NCBI GenBank assembly: GCA_001643675.2
Contig: LSRY02000025.1
Location: 930,001-994,000, forward strand
Reading direction: 5' to 3'
Source: Monocercomonoides exilis PA203
Taxonomy: Eukaryota > Protista > Preaxostyla
DNA: 64,000 nt
Each line of letters starts with the position of its first letter. Within the stretch, counting starts at the first letter, position 1. Shown piece after piece: positions 15,001-27,079 of this stretch. The notes under the pieces are model-generated. The model was not told the DNA's origin. It saw only the letters and a program-made list of their open reading frames with translations, and ran no database searches. The position numbers were made by a program, and so were the translations under genes.

Positions 15001-17037
15001 AGAAGGGTGTTTTTGGCCCATCCAGTCAGAGACCCAGGCGGGTGTGTCAGAGGGAGGAGAGGAGGAGGAAAAGAAGGAGGAAGAAGAAGAGGAAGAAGGA
15101 GAGAATGCAGTTAGAAGAGAATGAGCATCAGCAGAAGACGAGGAGTTCTGATAGATCGATGTTTGAGGCAGGCCAGAGGACGAGGCTGACGGCAGATAAG
15201 AGACAGAAGAAGGCAAAAAGTCCCCCTCTGCAGTGAAAGTGTCATCGCTCACCTCATTCGGCGTGAGCCCCCACAAATTCGGCGCTGCTATGAGCGACGC
15301 AGCCGAGGCAACCGAGTGCTGAAACGCCGACAAGTCCAGCCAGCGGTACCCTCTCCGGTTCTTCTCGCAGAAGTAGTTCATCGGATCGCTTTCCTTCGCA
15401 TCCTCACAAAGCAGCCCATCGCATCCGTCTCCTTCTTGTTCAAACGTCTTCGGCGCTTCTGCGAAGCTGTCTGCGTTGCGTGCCGCTTCTTCCTCAGAGA
15501 CAGAAGGGGAGCAGTTTGTGGAGTGGTACAAGGAATACGACGCCAGCTTCTCCCGCACAGAGAAGGACATCTCGTTCCACTGGTAGAGAATCACAGAAGA
15601 CGAGGCAGAGGGCAGGAGAGGGGGCAAGACACGGGTGCAGAAGGAGCCTGGGGTGAGGCGGGTGTCGCGGCAGAGGAGGATGGAGAAGGTGATGGACGGG
15701 ATGTAGACAGGAGTGCTGAGTGGAGAGCAGACCGAGAGAGAGGTCGAGGCAGAGACTTCTGTTGACCCACTTAGGGAAGAAAGGCGGAGGAGGAGTGAGG
15801 CAGCGTCGAAAGAGGAATGGAAGGCAGAGGAGGAGGAGGAGGAGAGGGACGGGTCACGGGGAGAGAGGGGGGAAAGAGCAGCAGCGCCCGTTGCGATGAT
15901 AGATGTATCAGAAGAAGAGGAAGAGGAAGAAGAAGAAGAAGAGGAAGAAGCAGAAAAAGATGAAGAAGATCGGATGGCAGAAGGCAAGCCCGCAGCAGCA
16001 GATGTAGGCTGTGTAGAGAGAATGGAGATTTCAGAACCAGATGGCCCCAATCCAACAGAAAGGATCGTTGCGAGCTTGTTGCGCCGGGTGATGTGCTTTG
16101 CGACCTGCTTTGTTTCCTGTGCTGTTTTGGCGACCTGTGACTCGCTCTGCTCTGTTGAGAGAGAGGCTAAAAGAGCCTCAGCTGACTCGTAGAGATTGGG
16201 AAACGCAGCCAGAAAGGAGATGAAGGAAAAGTTGAGCGAGGCAGCCGATGCCTGCGACACGTCCTGTGCGTTCTGGAAGGTTGGCAAGGGGAATGTGTGA
16301 GAAGGGAAGAGGGGGAAGACACAGGGGGCACCTGAAGGGAGCTGGTGGGTGGGGGAGAATGAGGGTGACTCACAGAAGGCAGAGGTGATGGAAGAAAGAC
16401 TCTGCAGGGCGACGAGGATGATCTCAGCAAAAGGGTTGGGGGTGTTGAGGAGGATGCGGATGATGTCCAGTGCAGGCTGCAGATGGACAGCCGCGACGGC
16501 GAGGATGTAGTGGGCGTAGTAGATGCCGAAGCGCTCGAGCGGGTGGGACTGGACGAAAAGGGTGTTGAAGCCGAACTGGATGAGGGAGTGGGCGCTGTGC
16601 GTGTCCCCTTTCTCGAGGCAGCGCAGGAGCGTGACGTGGGTGATGTGGGTGAAGGCGTCAAGCACAGTGGCTGTCAGCTCTGTGTGCCGCAGCTTCTCGG
16701 CGAGGATGTTGCAGAAGTGGAATGCTCTCTCAACAGCCAGCTCGTCCCGGATGGCACACACAAGCACGCCACAGAGCGGGATGGTGGCGGGAAGGTGCTT
16801 CTCCTTCCGGCCCCAGCGCATGCCGTACTCGAAGATGTAGGTGAGGGCAAGGTCCCATCCGTGGTAGTCCCCCTGCGGAATGCGCGGCTCATGCACAGTG
16901 CGCACAAGGATGGTCTGTAGCACAGAGCAGAAGGTGTGTTTGCAGATTTTCTCGCGGCATTTTTTCATCAGCTCGTGCAGACGGGTCAGGATGCTGGTGG
17001 AGGCGAGGATGCCTTCGGAAGTGTCGAGCTATTTTTC

Positions 17038-17110
<73 letters not shown>

Positions 17111-18103
17111 AAGATAAAATGAAATGTTATTTGAATTTAAAAAAAGAAGAAGAAAGAAAAGAAAATGAACGGAAATTCAATTAAAAGAGAAAGAATTAAA
17201 AGCTATAGATGTGCAATAGCAATGATGCATACGGGCAAATGGATATATGTCATGTTCAGAAGATATAGCGAAACAGCAGTTTGTGACTGCTCTCTCATAA
17301 TCTGCTCCAAATCTGTCAGCATTAGAAATAAGACAGTTGTGGAATGTTGTGAAACACTTCCTATATTTAAAAAAAAAAAAGAATTTATTAGAAAAAAGTA
17401 CTTTTTACAATAATTTATGAGGACATACCTACAAATCGAGCAAATTGTTCTTGAACAGCTAATTGATTCCTCAATTCAAAAATATTAGCAGTTCGGCGAT
17501 TGAAGTTATGTCTCGAAAAGTTGCGCGAAATCGTAGAGCAGAACTGTTCCAACTGGGAGAAAGTATCTCCACTGAACATTCCTTTCTTGTAAACGCGTAA
17601 AAGAGCATCAAGAGCAGAATAAAATGCAAAATCAGTTACAGCCTATGTGGGAAATTTATATTCATATTTATACGGTAACGCGAAAACGATTGTCATGCAT
17701 AAAAAGATGATTCGTTTCAAACTTTATTTCTTGACGTCTTAAGAATTGGAGTAACCAGCTTTCCTTCTTGACTGAAATGAGATAAAAGAAGATTTATAAA
17801 GTCAAGCAGTATAATGCAGATGTAAAAATAAGTAACAACAGCAAACTATAGACTTCTCCATTCAAAGAGATAACTGACCATGGATTGTAAACAGTGTTGA
17901 GACAAAACGGCAAAATAAGTGAGGTAATCTTGAAACAACGGATCTGAAGGGCTTCGAAAAAAATCTCTAACATCTCTTCCAGTTTTATCTGCTTCGAACT
18001 GGCGTGATTTGTGAAATACATGCCTCTGAAACTGCATGAACAATTCTTTTGCAATTGTTGCACACAGCTGTGATGGAGGTGTTTCTTGTTCGGTGGAATG
18101 CAT
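1..18103 (-). CDS. FRY: Furry/MOR2/PAG1/Tao3-family cell-morphogenesis scaffold, 3' end beyond window. Exons 18103-17847, 17771-17723, 17642-17429, 17360-17233, 17028-<1; at least 5,892 aa
   Basis: Manual splicing at GT-AG sites keeps the frame. Translation gives Furry-type motifs: ELFMQFQ..SDPLFQDYL..SQHCLQSMVSYLFEWR, RNKAVTDFAF, QFARFVG, LLNMTYIHL, WGRKEKHLPATIPLCGVLVC. No minus-strand ORF in the track ends in this frame between 1 and 17028, and spot checks found no stop. Confidence 0.85.
17041..17110. repeat. poly(A) of ~46 nt plus (GA)n; a polypyrimidine tract in the last Furry intron
   Basis: Seen directly; reads (TC)n/poly-T on the minus strand just upstream of the AG at 17030-17029. 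Confidence 0.9.
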
Positions 18104-18238
18104 TTCACTATGCACTTCTTATATATTCGAAAAAAGTTGAGTATAAATTCCGAAAATTTTCTCAAAAAACCTCAAAAAACAGAAAGCTGGTGATCTTAAT
18201 GCTATAAATTAAGGTGAAATATTATCCCATATTTAAAA

Positions 18239-19880
18239 ATGTCTTATCAAAATCGCTCGAATTCATATCAAAGGAGCGGAAGTTCAAGGCATGGACAAGG
18301 GTTATTACAAACCCCTCAACGATATCAATCTAATTATCGAGACAGTCGAGGAAGAGGCCATGGCACTCCAGCTGGAGGAGGTTCTCAATATCGTGGGTCA
18401 ACTGGTGGGTTTTATCGTCGCAGAAACGATGACCCGTTAACAAATGGAGATCCAATGCGATCGTGGTCAATTGGGCGAGAAAGTTGGACTATTGGACGAG
18501 GAAGAATGATTCTTGGAACACAAAAAATTGTGTATCCTTCAAATTATCTTCACTTCACAACATTTCAAGATGTATGCAAATTTTTGTTGATTAGTTCGTA
18601 TTTTTGGATTGTATGCTTTTATTGTATAGTTTTCTGATTTTGAAGCCGCTCAACGGGGACTCACGACTGATTCAGATGTTGTTGCACTCCCTCCTGCTGC
18701 TCTTGTACCAGCTGCTGGAACTGATTCTCCACCTTTGGAAGCATCACCTAATTTTTCAAATTCGGCTGATGAAATTAAAGATCAAACCAGCGATATTAAC
18801 GAAGATTCAGAATCAGACGAAGAAAAATCTGATGAAGAAGGGGAGAATGAAGAGAAAGACAAAAAGGATTCAACAGAAAAGGATGATGAAAATGAAGAAG
18901 ATGAAGATTTGCAACCTCACAAGCGCACTTTGGAAAGTGCAAAAGAATCATTGAAGGATGACAAAAACATCGATGAGAATGAAGATCATGTGATTAGGGA
19001 AGATGGAATAAATGCATTTAATTTCAGTATGAATTTTTTATTTAAACAGTGTTAAATTCTTTTGCGTTTTTCCAAATATTAACTTTTTTATTTCTCGATT
19101 TATATCTAATCTTAAATAATTTAATTTATTAGAGGCAAAATCCATGGATAACAGACTCAGAGAAGCTATTCGTGTTCAAAACAGAATCTTCAGCGTTCTG
19201 GAAAAGCAAAAAACAACGACGATAATCAAAAAAGACGGAAAGGAGGAAAAAAAAGGACCAACTTATGTGGATTTGGGGCGAGTGCAAATGAGATGCATCG
19301 ATGACAGAGGATGGAAACAGAAAATCAACACCAACGAAATTGGTTTGTGTCAACGACTTTGGAGGCTGCTTTTTCTTTCTTTCTTTTTTTTTTTTTTCTG
19401 TTGAAAAAAGCTTTCTTTTTGTTAATTAAAAAAGCAACTGTTCATTTATTTTATTTTGTTTCATTCATTTATTTTATTTTTGTGAAATCAATCCATATTT
19501 TAATCTTCTTTTCTAATTTAATTTCTTCACAATAATTACATTCAGAATCCCTCACTTCTGTCATCCGTCGTGAGCGGATGGAGATGAAGAATGCAGAGAC
19601 CGAACGTATTCGGCAGCAAGAGCTGAGGCAGCAGCTGATGAAGCAGCGAGAAAGTGGACCGCCTCACAACCAGCCACCGCGTGTGACTGACATCTGGGCG
19701 TCTAACAGAGGGAGAGGCTCAAACACTGACAGATACAGCCGTGGAAGAGACGGGGGCAGCAGTGGAGGTAGTGGCAGTAACAGGCAGAGCTCGTATTCCA
19801 GAGACTCCTATCAGGACGGAGGATATCGCAGGAATTCAGAGAGGTCATCGTCGAATCCGTCGAGGCATTCGAGATATTGA
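18239..19880 (+). CDS. Hypothetical protein with RG/YQ-rich termini and an acidic centre. Exons ~18239-18571, 18630-19026, 19133-19342, 19546-19880
   Basis: Four ORF pieces join in frame through GT-AG introns (GTATGC..TAG, GTATGA..TAG, GTTTGT..CAG). No family recognised. Confidence 0.7.
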
Positions 19881-20299
19881 TTTGTGATTTCACTTCAGTT
19901 GATTCGTGTTTCTCAGCAGAAGTTTGCACAGTCTGCATGCTTTGCATGTGATTGAATGCAATTCTTTAAATGATCGTTTTCATTTTCTTCGCATCCTTTG
20001 TTTGAGGCATATGCTCTGGAGCAAAGAATTTCATTTATTTCAATTCAAGTTATTGAAGTTTTTCATAACGAATTTTTTTTTCAAGTCTTCTCTCCAACTT
20101 TGGATTTATCACTTCACTTAAAATGAAAAGAATCAAAAACGAGCAAAAACTGACAAAACGCAATAAATTGGTTTTGAATAAATGCAAAAACATGCTTTAA
20201 ATATTCGTGTTTAACTACTTAATTTTAAAGATAAAAGAAATCGAAAGATAGTCAAATAGACAAAGAATAAATAAATTCGTCACTCTGATTGTGCCTCCA

Positions 20300-23003
20300 C
20301 TACAGCAAGCGCTCCAGCAATGGCTCGAGGTTCAGCTCGACAGCAGTGACAAGTGTGTGCACTGTGAAGTCCTTGAGCACATCTGGTCTGACAACACCCA
20401 TGATGCCCACTGGTATCTGCACAAGCGGCACATCCCGTGGCTCATTCAGCTCGCCCATGTCAGTCAGGCACAGGATAGCCATGTTCCCTTCCACGAAGGA
20501 CGCAGTGTCTCCCAGCCAGCGGCACAGGGAGACGGAAGGGTCCTTTGCAAGCTGAGGGAGAAGACGCGAGACAGGAATCATCTGCCACACGGCTGGAATC
20601 GGTTGGGATATCTCCTTCTTCCGCTGCCTCTCTTTCTCTTTCTCTTCGTCTGTCTCTTCTCTCTTCTCTTTCTCTTTCCTCTCTTTCTCCTTCTTGTCCT
20701 CTTCAATCAAGCTGCGCTTTCTCTCCTTCATTCCATTGATCATCTCAACAGGGTCAACCCTATCGTCTGCAAAGACACATCGGCAGTGGCTGAAGATGTG
20801 TGCCAAAAGCGGAATCATCTCCTCTACTTCCACATCGTTTCCGCACCGCACTGCACAGAAACGCCTCTCGTTACGCGCGCCGCTGTCAGATGGCACAGTG
20901 CCTGAAAGAGAAGGCTCTTCGAAATGCATCGCTGCTGCCCATGGAGGAATAATATCTTCTGTCTGCGAGTCTGAGCTGCTGGATGACGAAGACGATGGGA
21001 CAAGATCGTATCCTTTCCTGTTTGCACAGCAGCCGTGTCCGCAGATGCCCTCGCACTTCTTCTCTCCTTTCAGAGCATGTGCTGTCCGCTTCTTCCCGCA
21101 TCTGGTGCCTCCGCATCCCAAAATGTCAGGGAGCACCACATCGCCCACCTCAAACAGGCTGATGGGCTTTGGGTGGTGGTTGTTGTGGCACAGGGACAGA
21201 AGCAGGCACGGAAGGAGCGATGTTCTGGCAGCGCCTGTGTCGATGGTCTTTCCATTCAGCGTGGTTATCATTCCACAGCGGCACAGCGAGGCACAGCCAG
21301 TCGAAGAGGAAGAAGGCGTTGATGATGATGATGCTGAAGCAGAAGCAGATGAAGCAACGGGGGCAGGGTATTTGTACACGTAAGGCTCAGTCCCATCGCA
21401 TGGTTCTTTGGCCTTTTCGCATTCTCCACAGCAGGCACCTCTGCACGCACAGCTGCTTCTCCTCATCTTTGTTGTGGCATCGTCCAAAGACAAAAGCACA
21501 AAGTTGTACATCTCCACATATCCGCCCATTGCTGCAAGCATCCGAACACCTTCAACAGCCTCCTCAGCCAGCAATGGTTGGCCAATTGAAGACCGACCAC
21601 CTCGCCCAGCACCAGCTGAGACAGGCACGATCTTGTCTACGCCATACGAAATGAGCACATCCTCTGCCAGATCATTGGGATGCAGCACGTCTGCTCGGTG
21701 GCACGGGATAACTGCCTTCAGAGAGATGTCTTTGGTCTCGTTGCCTGTTGCACCTTCTGGAAGGCTGGCAAGAACTTGCTTTTGTCGCAGAAATCCGATC
21801 ATCTCGTTCGCAGTGAGTGACAATCCCAGCAAGCCGTTAACAAACGACACGGGCAGATCCATGTGCAGCGGGGCCATCCGTGGAAAGAGGTATGTTTTTG
21901 GTTCAAGAGCGGGTGTGTTCAAAGGCGAGAGCACATCGGCGTATGATGGATGAGACGATATAACCTCAACGCTTTCGACACCGCCGGTGCAGTACTCGGC
22001 AAATGAAGTGATTATCACGTTCATAACGGCTGTCATTCTCTGAAGATCAGTGCCAGTAACATCAATAAAGATGTCCTTTGTCTGAAGAGTTATTTTTGAG
22101 TGTTCCCCATTCACAATTGGTGGAAGAGACAACAAAACTCCATTTTTGTCCCTGATAACTGGAACAACCGGTGAGCCTTTAACAAGATGGATGTATTTTC
22201 CTAAAGGAAGATTCTTCGTTTCGTAATATTCAAACCATTCACTTGCAGTTTTGTTCAGATCATCAGGCATTTTGTCGTTTGGAGCTGGTCCGACAAGAGT
22301 TGTTTTTAGAGGTGTGAAACGGAACGATGGAGACTCTCCGCGATATGTGAAAGGTGGTTCAATAGTAGATAAGTCATGGGTTCCAATGGCAACAAGAGTT
22401 CGTTTCCTACACGCGTTGTCGTGAAGTTTTTCTTGAAGATCAATGAAATGTTGATATAATTCACTGGTAAATGTGATTCCCCTTAAAACAGCGCCAATGG
22501 CAAAAGGGCGGATGGGCTCGGCCTAAATGCAATTCACAAATTATATCAAAAACTTTTTTTGTGAATGAATGAATTGATACCGATTTATCAACATAAAATT
22601 TCAGTGTTGCTGGTTTTGAAGTGATCAAGAGAGGCTCACTTTTTTTAAGAAAGCACCTAACTTCATGAACAACTCCCTCCATTCCACTCAAATCATAACG
22701 ATTTGCCATGAACTCCAGCTGAATTTCTTTCTGAAAAGTGAAATTGGAAAAAGCAATCATAAATTATTGTTTTCAAAAATGAAAATACATCTCCTTCTGC
22801 CAATTCCTTGACAATTGCTTCCATTCCAAGACGAGCAAATAAGGCTTCGATTTGATCATCGGCTACAAAAATAGTTAAAATAAGAATTTTTTCATCAAAA
22901 AATGGACAAATTTATTTCATCGAAAACAGATTTACAGCAAACAATATGAAGGTTCGTCTATCGCTGTAAGAAACGATTTCTTTGAGAAGCTGACGTGCGG
23001 CAT
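20300..23003 (-). CDS. FARSB: Phenylalanyl-tRNA synthetase beta subunit, with three short 5' introns
   Basis: ANRYDL, LQEKLHDNACRKRTLVAIGTHDL, VLLSLPPIVNGEHSKIT, IP.HRADVLHPNDLAEDVLISYG, RTSLLP, PISLFEVGDVV, GIMGVVRPDVL, ELNLE. Confidence 0.95.
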
Positions 23004-23741
23004 ATCAATTTCACTTTTGGATCAATAATTTTAGTATATGGCAAAATTGATCATAAATAAATAATCAGGAAAATTGAACTTTTCACTATTACGTTTTTTG
23101 GAAAAAATATCTGTTTTAGTTCTTAATAATTTATTATTACTTATTACTAACACCTTTTCAGATTTTTTGATATCATTTTATTTTGTATGATTTGAAATAT
23201 TTTCACTTCATAAGATAATGTTTGCTTTTCCGTTTGCTAGCTTTTCAGTCCACAATAAATAGTGATGTTATTAGCAAGCATAGAAATAAATATATATGTT
23301 GATTGTTGAATACTCGACAAATAAACACTCATATTTGAATAATCCATATGTTTCGTGTTCTGCTTCAACCAAGAGGAGGAAAATTATTGTTGAAATTGTT
23401 GAGCAACTACAAGAAATCTCTCAAAAATAAGGCAATTTCATCTTGAACAATAATTTTTGCGGGAAAGAAATGATAACTTTTTAACTTTCCAAGAAATAAA
23501 GAATAAATCTGAGTTAAAAATCATATCATCAAAAAGCAAGTTGAACTTATAAACAAATATGAAAACTTCTTTCGCATGGAATGAGAAAAATAGCTATTTC
23601 GTCTATCAAAAAATCATTTGAAGATTTCGGGTTGATGTTTTACTTTTGATTCTCATGATGCTGTGTGTCATTGAAGCTTGTGTAAATGCACTCGAGTCTC
23701 TTTTCTCTCAGCTCAATTAAATCTTCCTTCATCACAGAGAG

Positions 23742-23754
23742 TCTCTCTCTCTCT

Positions 23755-23785
<31 letters not shown>
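23742..23785. repeat. (CT)n plus poly(T) microsatellite
   Basis: Seen directly. Confidence 0.85.
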
Positions 23786-24184
23786 GAGCTTGTATTGTCT
23801 ATTTTTTCTTTTCGCTTTTTTTAGGAATCGAAAAGAATTAGAGCGAGAAATAATTTGTATTTGTTATTTCCTCTGAAGATTCTCATTTGCAAATGTGTTT
23901 TCTATACTGCTTCAAAGGATATTGATAAATCTTTCTGTCTGCATTGATGACGTAGATGTTTTTAAATCTTCGAACAAGCATCATGAATCTTTTGTTACTA
24001 TCAGTTGCCTCCTTGAATATTCCAATAACTTTAACGATCAATTTCTAAAATTTTGCCTTTCAATTCACTGAAAAGAAAAAGAAAGATAGATAGATAGATA
24101 GAAAAAATGAAAAAAAATTAAAATGAAAAATTTATTTTTTGTTTTTTGATTAGGCCCATTATTTATTTATATTTTATTATTTTT

Positions 24185-25738
24185 ATGTTTGCATTTTGTT
24201 TGACAAATATTGCATTCTTCATACTCTTTCCTGCAGTCATTTGTGACTCTGATGCAAAGACATATTATGTGTGTTCGAAAAATGGTACAAATAACGAAGT
24301 TTGTGGAACGGAGCAAATACCATGTAGAGAACTTCAATATTTGTTGAAGAAGACCGATGACATTTTAAATCGAAATATTTCCATGGGATTTGGGGACTAT
24401 AACGAAGGAAAGATTGATTTTCTTCGAGGAGAAATTAGAATTTTCAATTCCGAAAGCTCGGATAAAGGTTGCCTTATTTGCAATAGTAATGATGAATACT
24501 GCTTCAAAGTTGATAATGCTACTTTGTCTGTGGAGCGCATTGCTTTTTCGTTGGGTTGGAAACAGAGCACATTTCCTGTTGCTTTCATTTTGAATAACGC
24601 ATCTTTTTCGCTAAATCATACGAAAATAAGTGTATATTTTGTTTATGAAAGTGAAATGCTTTCTGAAGGAAAGCCGGTAATCAGTGCTTGTTTATCTAGG
24701 ATATCGATTCAATCTGCAAATATTTCACATTCACTAGTTTGGGATTCATATCAGGATTTGTCTGATAATGAGATCTGTGATTGGAATCATGGCCTTATTG
24801 AACTGAATAATTGTACAACTAATATTCACGATAGCTATTTCTCTGGACAGTTTGGTACTTTGTTTATGGATCAAGGTTCACTAGAATTGAACACTGTTCA
24901 ATTTTCTACTGATTATATCGAGAAAAACTTTTATTCAAGAAGGGGATTGAGGTGCATCGGTGATGGAACTGTAAGTGCAACTGACACTTATGAATATTAT
25001 GGAACAGATGAAAAGGGAAATTTCTTTGATTTGAGAAAATGCCGTGCAACAGGACCCTCGTTAACTCGGGGCAGAGAGCCATTTTTCACTCCAGAAATTT
25101 TGAGTGTGATCGAAAATCAATCAACCAAATCAAACAAATATGCTATGACTGTTTATTTTTTAAATTTGTTGCCATGTGAAGTGAAGCTGTGTGTGCATAA
25201 AACAAATAGTGAGATTACAAAGCTTGATTTTGATGCAAATAATTCGTCGTTCACAAAAATAGAACTTGACAAGGATGCATTTCCAGCAAAATTCAACATT
25301 TCTTTAGAATATCCCGGACCAAACAATACCAGGAAATATTCTCCTCAACAAAATGTTGACTTCAGATATCTCAATTACTCGGATGATGGACTTAGTAAAG
25401 TTACAAAAATGATTATAGTAATTGTCAGTGTTGTGAGCGCGATTCTATTATTTGGCGGGATAACCGTTATTGTAACTGTTGTTTGTGTTGTAAAGCAGTC
25501 GAGAAAGAGAAAAGGGTATGCCGGAATGAGTGTATTTCCCGCTCCAAATTCAACTGTGATGAGTGGATACCCTGGATACCCAGTTTCCTATCAAGGCTTT
25601 TCAGCAATTCCAGTTGCACAAACTGAAACGAATCATTCTGAGCATACAAACCAAACACAAAATGTTTCAAATAATGCTAACATAGAAAAGGAAGCGATAC
25701 TACCACCAAGAGTTGAATTGAATGGATCGACTTCTTAG
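24185..25738 (+). CDS. Type I membrane surface protein; short relative of the 47.6-55.3 kb receptor family with no kinase-like tail
   Basis: Hydrophobic N-terminus (first ATG at 24185), NGTNNEVCGTEQIPC motif, CDWN..RRGLRC..FFTPE..LLPC module, TM segment IIVIVSVVSAILLFGGITVIVTVVCVV followed by KQSRKRK. Confidence 0.85.
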   Translation: MFAFCLTNIAFFILFPAVICDSDAKTYYVCSKNGTNNEVCGTEQIPCRELQYLLKKTDDILNRNISMGFGDYNEGKIDFLRGEIRIFNSESSDKGCLICNSNDEYCFKVDNATLSVERIAFSLGWKQSTFPVAFILNNASFSLNHTKISVYFVYESEMLSEGKPVISACLSRISIQSANISHSLVWDSYQDLSDNEICDWNHGLIELNNCTTNIHDSYFSGQFGTLFMDQGSLELNTVQFSTDYIEKNFYSRRGLRCIGDGTVSATDTYEYYGTDEKGNFFDLRKCRATGPSLTRGREPFFTPEILSVIENQSTKSNKYAMTVYFLNLLPCEVKLCVHKTNSEITKLDFDANNSSFTKIELDKDAFPAKFNISLEYPGPNNTRKYSPQQNVDFRYLNYSDDGLSKVTKMIIVIVSVVSAILLFGGITVIVTVVCVVKQSRKRKGYAGMSVFPAPNSTVMSGYPGYPVSYQGFSAIPVAQTETNHSEHTNQTQNVSNNANIEKEAILPPRVELNGSTS

Positions 25739-26792
25739 GCAGTTGTTTTTGCTTTGAAATTTTCATATTTACATTCAATTGACAAATTTTTGAAAATCAT
25801 CAAAGAAATGTTTTCTGTATAGATTTTCAATGTTTTGAACATTAGAATTTTAAAAGTTTTATGTCTTTTAGAAAATGTGATCATTTAACAAAATTGTTAA
25901 AAAGTGAGTTTAATTTTTTTATTATTTTCCTTCTTTTTTCATCTCTTGTCATTTACATTTTTGACTCATATGCATTCGTTCAGAGCATTTTGTCGGCTAT
26001 ATAAAAGAACTTTTAACGTGTCTATCACCGGATGTTTTTTCCGGTTTCACCTTCATAACAAAAATATATTTAATTTTTGTTGATTACATTTGTATTTTTA
26101 TATTATTGTCAAACTTTTTTTTACTAATTTTTTTGTTTTCAAATCAGTGAAAAAATAGATATTGTGAATTTCCAAACAACTTTTCAACTGTGTTTTCAAT
26201 GGCAAGTTTTTTATTCTTTTTTGAATAGCGCGATTTTTCAATCCGGAGAGTTTATTTTTTTATCTTTTTTTTTTCATGTTTTTATCATCTTTCTTGTTTT
26301 CAATCAAATTTGAAAATAGATACTGTTTCCAATAATCTTGTTTTTGTTCCTTTTTAAATGTAATTGTTTAAATCATTATTTCAACATTTAAAAATTAATA
26401 TCAATCAGAATTTTCAAAGATGAGTTTTTCTTTTTTTAAAAGAAACACCTTTATATTTTTCTGGTTTAAAAAAAAATATTTTGATTTTTGTTCAATTTCT
26501 TCTATTGCATTTTTTTAAGAAATCAAAATGCAAATAAAACCGAATAGTTATTTCAAAAATGAACTGGTTTGTGTTTTGTTCACTTGAAAGGATCCAATTG
26601 AAGGAATTGATCAATAATTCTGATGTTAAATCAGAACTGGAAAAAAAATTTTACGACTTTTCACAAAGAATGACCCAGATATGAATATTTTTGAACGAAA
26701 AATGCTAATTCAACTTTTGTGAAAGTTTGCTCTGTAAAATTATAATGAATTAAATATTTTTTTCTCTTTTTTTCTTTTCAATTTATATTAAA

Positions 26793-27066
26793 ATGGGACA
26801 AAATATTTGACTTCAGGCATTTTCTTAGAAAAATTTTGCACTTTTCATTGACTTAAATATATCGAAAAAACACAATAAAAAATGGTTCCATTTCTTGACA
26901 TTCGTGAAATGTTGGAAAACTTGATGTTTTGATTTCAAAGATGACTGTTTTCGGATATCAAAATCAAATTTATTTTGAGATCTGGTAAAGTTAAAAAATG
27001 TTTTATGTGAAACAATTTTTTCAAACTTTGTGCATTAAAAGCTTGAAAGTCCATATTTTCCCCCAT
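26793..27066. mobile_element. ~275-bp segment bounded by imperfect inverted repeats (MITE-like, or left end of the DDE element)
   Basis: Left ATGGGACAAAATATTTGACTTCAGGCATTTT; right end reverse complement ATGGGGGAAAATATGGACTTTCAAGCTTTT. Confidence 0.5.
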
Positions 27067-27079
27067 ATTGGTTAATTTT

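Noticed and set aside
2-17000. Many short ORFs on both strands, often poly-Glu or poly-Leu
   Set aside because: They are antisense or off-frame shadows of the TCN-rich Furry exon.
20291-21953. Long plus-strand ORFs (204, 229, 161 and 181 aa) overlapping FARSB
   Set aside because: Antisense to a GC-rich conserved CDS, with no recognisable motifs.
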